Assembly (NCBI GenBank): GCA_027319905.1
Contig: DAHVMJ010000010.1
Span: forward strand, 1 to 31,756
Direction: 5' to 3'
Source: Candidatus Micrarchaeota archaeon
GTDB taxonomy: Archaea; Micrarchaeota; Micrarchaeia; Micrarchaeales; CABMGC01
Length of the DNA stretch: 31,756 bases
Under the pieces are notes generated by a model. It was not told the origin of the DNA and ran no database searches. It was given only the letters and a program-made list of their open reading frames with translations. Below are positions 24,979 through 31,756 of this stretch, in pieces. Made by a program: the position numbers and the translations under genes. Every line of letters starts with the position of its first letter. Positions within the stretch are counted from its first letter, which is position 1.

Positions 24979-26460
24979 TCACACCCTCCGCTCCCTCAGC
25001 CAGCCGGCGCTGCTGTTGTACATGCTGACTATGCTGTCTATGCTGCTGTCCTTGACAAGCGCTATTCGCTCCACGCCCAGGCCCCACGCAAGCACGCTTA
25101 TAGATTTCCTGCTTACTCCGGTGACCTCCCTTCTTATTATCCCGGCCCCTCCCAGCTCGAGCCATTCGCCGTTCTGCTGCACATGTACTTCCACCCCTGG
25201 CTCCACGAACGGGAAGTAAGCGGGCTTGAATCTTATCTTGACTCCCATGCTGCCATAGACTCTGAGAAGCACGTCGAACAGGTTGGCGAGCGTAAGGTTG
25301 TTGCCTATCACTATCCCGTCAGTCATGTAGAAGTCTGCGAGGTGCTTGTAGTCAAGGTTCTCGTTCCTGAACACCCTGCCCACGGTGAACAGCTTTATGG
25401 GCGGATTCAGGCCTCGCCTCTTCTCTGCCAGAGCCTTGACCATCGTGTATATGTTCCTGCCCGTCACGCTTGTGGTGTGCGTGCGCAGTATCGCCCTCCT
25501 TGCCAGTTCTGCAGACCATTCGCCGTGCCAGGCTTTCTCGTGCTCCTTCCTTATCCTCCCTTCCAGGCTCTTGTCGTGCACCGGCAGTTCTCCGGGCCTG
25601 GATAGGAAGAAGGTATCCTGCACGTCCCTGGCGGGGTGGTCCTGAGGAACAAAGAGGTAGTCGAAGACCCAGAATGCCGGTTCGACAACGGGTCCGCTGA
25701 TCTCGCTGAACCCTAGGCCGACGTAAGCCGATCTTATCTCGTTGATTATGTTGCGTATCTTGTGCCGCGATGAGGCGTAGGCCGATTCCACGGGGGTTGT
25801 AGGGTCATATGGCTTGAATTTTTTACCAGCCCAGGACCTGTTGGCTATCATGCTCCTGTCCAGCGAGCCTATCATCTCTTCTGTCTGCCTCTCTCTTGCA
25901 AGCGCCAGCACTCCCCGCTGGGTTATCTCCACCTCCCTTATCTCCTTCCTGCCCTTTATCGAGATCAACTTTCTTTGTTCCAGCTCCTTGGCAGCCTCGC
26001 TTCCAGCCAGTTTTGCGTACGCGCCTTTGTCGTTGGAAAGAGTTCTGAGGGCGGAATCCGCCTCTGTGCCTGACTTTTCCGCCTTCCTGCCTGCTTCTGT
26101 AATCACAAGCTGTTGGCCGCTGACCTCCACAAACCCTTTCTTCTTTGCCCACATCAGCCCTATCTGGTCCTCTCTGCCCGTCAGCTCCTTCAGAGGCACA
26201 GCCCTGCCTTTTATCTTCTTTAGTAGCGAAAGCTCAGGCAGGCTGGTCCTCGCATAATCTTCGCCTTCTTTGCTGATCTTTAACTCGTATTCGCCCTCGC
26301 TCTTCGTTTCTATCAGTTTCTGTGCCTCCAGATTGGAGATCCCCCAAAGCGCCTCGTCCCTGCCCAGTCCAGACGCCTCGAGCAGCTCGGCGAAGCTCAT
26401 GCGTTTCTTCTCCTTGAGTGCGCTCAGCAAAGATAGCTCATGCCTGTGCAAACGATTCAC
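24979..26460 (-). CDS. pheS: Phenylalanine--tRNA ligase alpha subunit
   Basis: LFVPQDHPARDVQDTF, LRTHTT, GRVFRNE, PAYFPFVEP, ELGGAG, AWGLGVER; GTG start. Confidence 0.97.
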   Translation of the reverse strand: MNRLHRHELSLLSALKEKKRMSFAELLEASGLGRDEALWGISNLEAQKLIETKSEGEYELKISKEGEDYARTSLPELSLLKKIKGRAVPLKELTGREDQIGLMWAKKKGFVEVSGQQLVITEAGRKAEKSGTEADSALRTLSNDKGAYAKLAGSEAAKELEQRKLISIKGRKEIREVEITQRGVLALARERQTEEMIGSLDRSMIANRSWAGKKFKPYDPTTPVESAYASSRHKIRNIINEIRSAYVGLGFSEISGPVVEPAFWVFDYLFVPQDHPARDVQDTFFLSRPGELPVHDKSLEGRIRKEHEKAWHGEWSAELARRAILRTHTTSVTGRNIYTMVKALAEKRRGLNPPIKLFTVGRVFRNENLDYKHLADFYMTDGIVIGNNLTLANLFDVLLRVYGSMGVKIRFKPAYFPFVEPGVEVHVQQNGEWLELGGAGIIRREVTGVSRKSISVLAWGLGVERIALVKDSSIDSIVSMYNSSAGWLRERRV

Positions 26461-27234
26461 CTACCTAAGCACCCTGAAGTAGAGGTATGCAGCTATCGCC
26501 ACCACCGCAACCACCACCAGCAGGTAGATGAGCGTGCCGTAGTTCCTGTACAGGTTGTTGAAGTACTGTACAACTTCCTGCTCAGGGGTCTGGGTAATTA
26601 TGTACACAAAATTGAAGTTCTGAAGCGGCTCTGCAGAATACCATGAGAAACTGCCTCCGGAGTACTGGCCGAAGGAATTGGGCTGGGGGAAATCCGGAAG
26701 CGGGTACACGGCGACAACCTGGGTGTCGTTTGGCACGGTAAGGGTGAGCCTCGCGTTAGGGAAGAGAGATTCTCCGCTGGCCGTGTGCAGGTAGTTGAAG
26801 ATGCTGCTGTTTATCCTGTACTCGAACTTCCTTGGGGCCACGCTGACGAAGCTGGTGATGTTGTTCGCGTCGTAGCTCATGGTCAGAGACGCGTAGCCGC
26901 CTCCGCCTCCGGCCGGGGTTATCGGCCCTGGCAGGAATGTGAAGTTGCTTATACTGGATTTCGGGTTAAGTATGTGCTGCGTCAGGTACTGCGATTCGCC
27001 TATGACCTTCTGCCAGCTTTCAAGCGAGAGGTTGAAGGCCTGCCTGTCCTGCGTGTAGGTCGCTATCGAGCCGTTGCTCACGTATAGCTGCACCCCCTCT
27101 ATCACATGCGCCGTAGTCGAGTTTGTAAGCACCACCCTGGTTGAGAGGTAGGTGACGTTGAAGTAGGCGCTGACGCTGCCCGTGGCTATGAGCCCAAGTA
27201 AAAAGAAAGACAAGAGGGCGAGAGAGGCGCGCAT
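26461..27234 (-). CDS. Secreted protein with C-terminal membrane anchor (hypothetical)
   Basis: Signal peptide, many N-x-S/T sequons, C-terminal TM helix followed by Arg residues; stop abuts the pheS start. Confidence 0.75.
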   Translation of the reverse strand: MRASLALLSFFLLGLIATGSVSAYFNVTYLSTRVVLTNSTTAHVIEGVQLYVSNGSIATYTQDRQAFNLSLESWQKVIGESQYLTQHILNPKSSISNFTFLPGPITPAGGGGGYASLTMSYDANNITSFVSVAPRKFEYRINSSIFNYLHTASGESLFPNARLTLTVPNDTQVVAVYPLPDFPQPNSFGQYSGGSFSWYSAEPLQNFNFVYIITQTPEQEVVQYFNNLYRNYGTLIYLLVVVAVVAIAAYLYFRVLR

Positions 27235-27339
27235 TATCTTGACCTAGATAGGATTAGAAAACAAGGTATAAAACCTTATAGTTTAATCCCTCTGCCGTTT
27301 TCTGTTTTTCAAATAACTCTTTATAAGTGTTCGGTGCGA

Positions 27340-27753
27340 ATGGAAAGTATGCTGGCAAAGAAGTACGAGAGAGAGGCAAGTGGCGTTCATACGAGGCAGG
27401 TCGGCGGCCCGCAGAGCAGAATCTTTGAGCTGTCAGTAAGCATGTTTGTCAGGCCGGAGGACCTGCCCGTCCTGGAAGAAGCGTATCTCTCAGAATCCAA
27501 AACTTTTTCCGATACGCTGAGGTCGTTCAACGTGCCTGACGGCGTATTCGTGGGCGCGCCCCTGCTGAACAAGCGCATGCAGCTAGAAGACGGCAGGTTC
27601 TGGATGGTCAACCTAATAGCCAACGTGGTCCGCATATACGAAAAGAAAGACCTTCTCCCGCCGGAGCTGGTCATGGGAAACTTCTCCACGGCTTTAGATA
27701 TGCGAATGAGGGTGCTGCGCGGCAAGAAAGAGCTTGGGGGACGCAGGGAATAA
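27340..27753 (+). CDS. Hypothetical protein
   Basis: Fills the gap after TATA CTTTATAAG (about 27318-27326); start ambiguous (27334 GTG, 27340 or 27349 ATG); no motif recognised. Confidence 0.6.
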   Translation: MESMLAKKYEREASGVHTRQVGGPQSRIFELSVSMFVRPEDLPVLEEAYLSESKTFSDTLRSFNVPDGVFVGAPLLNKRMQLEDGRFWMVNLIANVVRIYEKKDLLPPELVMGNFSTALDMRMRVLRGKKELGGRRE

Positions 27754-27803
27754 CATATAATTAAAAGCCTTTCAGGAGAATGATACATACTGGCGTGTTC
27801 TAC

Positions 27804-28229
27804 ATGGCAGAAAAGAGCAAGTTACTCGCAGTGATAAGAGTGCGGGGCCGCGTGAAGGTCAGGCAGAGCATAGCCGAGACCCTGGACAGGCTCAACCTCA
27901 GGCGCGTGAACAATCTCGTGTTGGTCAACGCGGGAAACTCATCGTACATGGGCATGGTCAAGAAGTGCAAAGACTTTGTCACGTTCGGCGAGATTGACAA
28001 GGAGACGCTCGGAAAGCTTCTCAACGCTAAGGGCGTGACCGCTGATGCGTCCGCAACGGAGTCGCTGATATCGGGCAGCGCGTCTCCGAAGGAGCTGAAG
28101 ATAGATATGCCGATGCGCATGCACCCGCCGAAGCGCGGGTACGAGGGCATAAAGAACGCGTACACGAACGGGGGCAGCCTCGGGTATAGGAGCGACGGGA
28201 TAAACAAGCTTATTGCAAGAATGCTGTGA
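27804..28229 (+). CDS. rpl30: 50S ribosomal protein L30 (uL30)
   Basis: AVIRVRG, TLDRLNLRRVN, GMVKKCKDFVTFGEI, RMHPPKRGY, LGYR..INKLIARM; ATG 27804. Confidence 0.95.
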   Translation: MAEKSKLLAVIRVRGRVKVRQSIAETLDRLNLRRVNNLVLVNAGNSSYMGMVKKCKDFVTFGEIDKETLGKLLNAKGVTADASATESLISGSASPKELKIDMPMRMHPPKRGYEGIKNAYTNGGSLGYRSDGINKLIARML

Positions 28230-28235
28230 TTTGTT

Positions 28236-28631
28236 ATGGTTCTAAGGATAAAGAAAAGGAGGAAGTACTTCGGGAACAGAAGATGGGGAGCAGGCAACAT
28301 AAAGAACGCCAGAGGGGCGGGAGACAGAGGCGGCGTGGGCCGCGGAGGTAGAAAGCACAAGATGACATACCTGCTGGTGTACGAGAGGGAGAGCCTGGTG
28401 CACAAGGGCTTCGCCCCCTGGAAGAAGAAGCTCCTCGATATAATAGACCTTAACGCGATCTCAAAGCGCGCGGAAGAGATGAAGGACGCAAAACCCACCA
28501 TAGAGCTCAAGGGCTACAAGGTTCTCGGCAGCGGCAGGCTTGCAAAGCCCGTGGTTGTCAAGGCAAGCGGATTCTCTAAGAGCGCCGAAGAGAAGATAAA
28601 GCAAGCAGGAGGGGAAGCGCTAAGGTTCTGA
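28236..28631 (+). CDS. rpl15: 50S ribosomal protein L15 (uL15)
   Basis: RGAGDRGGVG, KGF, YKVLGSG, FSKSAEEKIKQAGG. Confidence 0.95.
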   Translation: MVLRIKKRRKYFGNRRWGAGNIKNARGAGDRGGVGRGGRKHKMTYLLVYERESLVHKGFAPWKKKLLDIIDLNAISKRAEEMKDAKPTIELKGYKVLGSGRLAKPVVVKASGFSKSAEEKIKQAGGEALRF

Positions 28632-28640
28632 GTGTTTTTG

Positions 28641-29831
28641 ATGCAGCATCTCAACATCGCCTTCTATTCAGACAGCTACCTGCCCGCCGTGGATGGCGTG
28701 GTCATGTCCATTCTCGAGTTCAAGCGCGAGCTCGAGCGAAGGGGCCACAAGGTCTACATATTCGCGAGCGCCAGCATGCGTGACAAGAAAAGGTATGAGG
28801 CAAGCGACGTCTTCCTGCATACGGGCATGCGCTTCAAGCCCTATCCGCAGTACAGCGTTGCGCTCTTCCCCTACTACTCATCCATGCCCATTCAGCTGAA
28901 GAAGCTTGACATAGACATAGTGCACTCGCACACGCCCTTCATGATGGGCTTCGCCGGGCTTCTGGCGGCGAAGATGGGCAGGTATCCGCTAGCGGCAACG
29001 TTCCACACAATGGTGAACAGCGCCTCGCTCAGCGCCTACTACCCGAAGAACAGGGCGCTAAGGAACTTCTACTCCGCCTACCTCTGGAAGTACACCAAGT
29101 TCTTCTACAAAAGCTGCGACGTGACCATCGCTCCTTCGCGCGCGGTAGCCGCGATGCTCAGCAGGCACCAGATCAAGAACACGGCCGTGGTCCCAAACTC
29201 TGTAGATCTCAAGAGATTCAACCCAAGAGTCAGCGGGGAGAAGCTAAGGAAGAGGCTGGGCATACGGGACGGGGAGAGGGTGGTGCTATACCTCGGCAGG
29301 ATCAGCAAGGAGAAGAGAGTCGATATCATGCTAAAGGCAGCGAAACTGCTGTTGAAGAAACACGACGACCTGAAGTTCGTGGTGGGCGGCTCCGGCCCTG
29401 AGCTGGACTCAATGAAACATCTGGTTACGAGGCTGGGCATAGGCCACAAAACCAACTTCCTGGGCTTCGTCAAGAACGAAGACCTGCCGAGCCTCTACGC
29501 AGCGAGCGACATGCTCTGCCTGCCGTCGCACCGTTTCGAGACCCAGGGCATAGTCGCCGTGGAGGCCATGGCGGTGGGCAAGCCTGTGGTCGGCTCGGAC
29601 GATCTCGCGCTCAAGGACCTGATAAAGAGCGGGAAGAACGGGGAGAAGTTCAGGTCTCTCGACCATGCTGACTGTGCGAGGAAGATAGAAAGGGTTTTAA
29701 ATAACAAAGATGCGTATAAGACGAACGCGGTGAACACTGCAAGGAACTACTCGACTGAGCGTGTCACCGATGAGTTGCTAAAAACATACGAGCATTTAGT
29801 CTCAAACGGGCGGTTTACTGAGCGAGAATGA
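28641..29831 (+). CDS. Glycosyltransferase family 4 (diacylglycerol glucosyltransferase-like subgroup)
   Basis: SDSYLPAVDGV, DIVHSHTPF, TFHT, LGRISKEK, ETQGIVAVEAMAVGKPVV (Ex7E). Confidence 0.92.
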   Translation: MQHLNIAFYSDSYLPAVDGVVMSILEFKRELERRGHKVYIFASASMRDKKRYEASDVFLHTGMRFKPYPQYSVALFPYYSSMPIQLKKLDIDIVHSHTPFMMGFAGLLAAKMGRYPLAATFHTMVNSASLSAYYPKNRALRNFYSAYLWKYTKFFYKSCDVTIAPSRAVAAMLSRHQIKNTAVVPNSVDLKRFNPRVSGEKLRKRLGIRDGERVVLYLGRISKEKRVDIMLKAAKLLLKKHDDLKFVVGGSGPELDSMKHLVTRLGIGHKTNFLGFVKNEDLPSLYAASDMLCLPSHRFETQGIVAVEAMAVGKPVVGSDDLALKDLIKSGKNGEKFRSLDHADCARKIERVLNNKDAYKTNAVNTARNYSTERVTDELLKTYEHLVSNGRFTERE

Positions 29832-29898
29832 AGATGACAGCAAGGCAAAAGAGGAGAAGGGCGGTGCCAATGCGGAACAGCATGCGGGCGCCAAGTCC

Positions 29899-30453
29899 GT
29901 GGCCGAACCCGATGCGTCATCGAAGCTGAAGGAGCAGATAGAGGCGGAGAAGAAGAAGCGCGCCCAGCTCATAGACCAGATGCGGAGACTGAGGAGCAAA
30001 CTCAACTACAAGCAGGAGGAGCAGGTCGCGATATCCAAGCTCGCAATCATCAACACGGCAGCGAAGAACCTCGGCAGGCTCAAGAGGATGAAGAGCAGCA
30101 TCGAGTTCAAGATATCAACGCAGGCGCCCACGCTCGCTGCAGAAAAGGAACTGATAAAGGAACTGAACAAGATAAACAAGGAACTTGAAGAGGCGCAGAG
30201 TGCTTACAGGTTCAAGAGAAAGGCCGAGCTCATCACCAAGGACATAGACGAGATCGGCAAGGCTCTTGAGTCCTACAAGAACCAGGTCCTGGAGGTCGAC
30301 AGGAAACTCGACGAGCTCTACACCAGCCTGCGCGGCAGATCCAGCTGGAGGAGAAAGCCGGAGGAACCAAGGCCGAGACGCACGCCCAAGCACGAGGAGC
30401 CATTCGAGGTAAGCCTTGAGGACATAGCGACCATAAAGAAGAAGGAAGAATGA
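29899..30453 (+). CDS. Archaeal coiled-coil protein (COG1340-like)
   Basis: Heptad-rich, IEFKISTQAPTLAAEKELIKEL motif; frame is open upstream to CTG 29818. Confidence 0.72.
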   Translation: MAEPDASSKLKEQIEAEKKKRAQLIDQMRRLRSKLNYKQEEQVAISKLAIINTAAKNLGRLKRMKSSIEFKISTQAPTLAAEKELIKELNKINKELEEAQSAYRFKRKAELITKDIDEIGKALESYKNQVLEVDRKLDELYTSLRGRSSWRRKPEEPRPRRTPKHEEPFEVSLEDIATIKKKEE

Positions 30454-30545
30454 GACGCGCGATAGCGGCAATGACGCGAGGCGGTCTGGAGAACAAGAAC
30501 TAGAACAAGAATAAAAAACAAAACAAAAGCAAGGATTGATTTAGT

Positions 30546-31756
30546 ATGGAAAGAAAGTTAGCAGATGCAGATGAATGGTACGGAGCAGGAACATATGTAA
30601 GGACGGACCCAAGGACGGAGCGCAGGGGCGAGGCTCGGCAGAGAGCTCCGCCGAGACCCAGGGAAGACAGGAAGCCCAGAGTCGTCAGAGAAATAATAAA
30701 GGACGACAAGCTGCGGCTGACCTTCTACGGCGCCGCAAGGGAGGTCGGGAGGAGCTGCATAATGGTGGAGGGCAAGGGCACCAAGATACTCATAGACGCC
30801 GGAATAAAGCTCGGCGAGGTGGAGGAGCACCCTCTGATAGAAGACTCTATGCTCAGAAACATAGACGCTGTCGTGATCTCGCACGCGCACCTGGACCACT
30901 GCGGCTACCTTCCGCACATCCTGTCGAACGGATTCGACGGCCCGATATACTCGCTCAAGCCCACGCTCGAGCTGGTGAACATTATAGTCAACGACTACCT
31001 TAGCATATCGAAACCCAAGGGGATAAGGAAGGACGCCCTAGCGAGGATGCCGAAGCGCTACAAGATGGTCGAATACCACGAGGAGTTCAAGGTCAAGGAT
31101 CTGGCCATAAAGCTCGTGCCAGCGGGCCACATACTGGGCAGCGCCATGGTCGAGGTAAGGGAGGGCGACAACAGGCTTCTGTACACAGGCGACATCAGCC
31201 TCAGGAGCACCAAGCTGCTGGACCCGGCATATACAGAGTACCTCAAGGCCGAGACCCTCATAACGGAGAGCACCTACAGCGGCAAGGAGGACGTTTTCAT
31301 TTCGGAAAAGCAGGTGATGGCCGATTTTGTTAAGAGCATGAAGGAGACGCTCAAGGACGGCGGCAAGGTGATAATACCAAGCTTCGCGGTCGGCAAGGCG
31401 CAGACCGTGCTCTTCATACTCGACGACTACGTGCGTTCGGGCGTGCTCCCGAAGGTGCCTATATACGTCGATGGCATGATAAACAAGGTGATGCGCATCT
31501 ACAGGCACAACGTCATCTACTGCAAGGACGAGTTGCAGAAGCGCATCCTGATGAGCGACGACGACCCGTTCAAGAGCCCGAACTTCCACGTTGTGGAGGG
31601 CAAGGACGAGCGGGCGAAGGTGATAAAGGCCGAGGAGCCCGCCATAATAGTGACCACGAGCGGCATGCTGAAGGGCGGGCCGGTGGTCAGGTATCTGGAG
31701 AAGCTCGGCGACAACAACATGAACAAGCTGATAATCATGGGCTACCAGGCTCCGGG
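30546..31756 (+). CDS. Beta-CASP metallo-beta-lactamase ribonuclease (aCPSF-type), partial, runs off the window end
   Basis: Own translation: GAAREVGRSC, LIDAG, SHAHLDHCG, AGHILGS, YTGD, ESTY, TSGMLKGGP, GYQA; absent from the ORF track because no stop lies in the window. Confidence 0.93.
   Translation, partial: MERKLADADEWYGAGTYVRTDPRTERRGEARQRAPPRPREDRKPRVVREIIKDDKLRLTFYGAAREVGRSCIMVEGKGTKILIDAGIKLGEVEEHPLIEDSMLRNIDAVVISHAHLDHCGYLPHILSNGFDGPIYSLKPTLELVNIIVNDYLSISKPKGIRKDALARMPKRYKMVEYHEEFKVKDLAIKLVPAGHILGSAMVEVREGDNRLLYTGDISLRSTKLLDPAYTEYLKAETLITESTYSGKEDVFISEKQVMADFVKSMKETLKDGGKVIIPSFAVGKAQTVLFILDDYVRSGVLPKVPIYVDGMINKVMRIYRHNVIYCKDELQKRILMSDDDPFKSPNFHVVEGKDERAKVIKAEEPAIIVTTSGMLKGGPVVRYLEKLGDNNMNKLIIMGYQAP

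Noticed and set aside
30454..30535. AGAACAAGAA repeated twice plus an A-rich tract; possible CRISPR remnant or frameshifted tail of the coiled-coil gene
   Set aside because: Only two short copies, no spacers or cas genes; low-complexity sequence explains it

Overview
Gene-dense chromosomal region of an archaeon with moderately high GC. TATA-box promoters, an HMf-type histone, archaeal ribosomal proteins, a diphthamide-type EF-2 and broken-up ribosomal operons suggest a DPANN lineage such as Micrarchaeota (inference, not verified). Most of it is housekeeping: tRNA-Leu(TAG), GT2, rpoK, geranylgeranyl reductase, a phosphoesterase, an M50 protease, smc, signal peptidase, rpl30e-rps12-rps7-fusA, rpl7ae-rps28e-rpl24e-thiI, GNAT, histone, RNase P RNA, a CAP protein, a cation/H+ antiporter, tRNA-Glu(CTC), rfcL, pheST, rpl30-rpl15, GT4 and a beta-CASP nuclease cut by the window end. 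No CRISPR array, transposase or integrase is visible. The best leads are: (1) substitutions at near-invariant positions of uS12 and of the EF-2 GTPase domain; (2) a 237-nt type-M-like RNase P RNA; (3) two K-turn/K-loop motifs in the rpl7ae leader, one burying the Shine-Dalgarno; (4) a tandem nucleoside-deoxyribosyltransferase-fold protein with Asp where the catalytic Glu is expected; (5) a 360-bp AT-richer islet bounded by a copy of the tRNA-Glu 3' end; (6) a 64-aa ORF that may be a degenerate histone paralog. All assignments come from reading motifs by eye; no searches or folding programs were run, and novelty is unverified.
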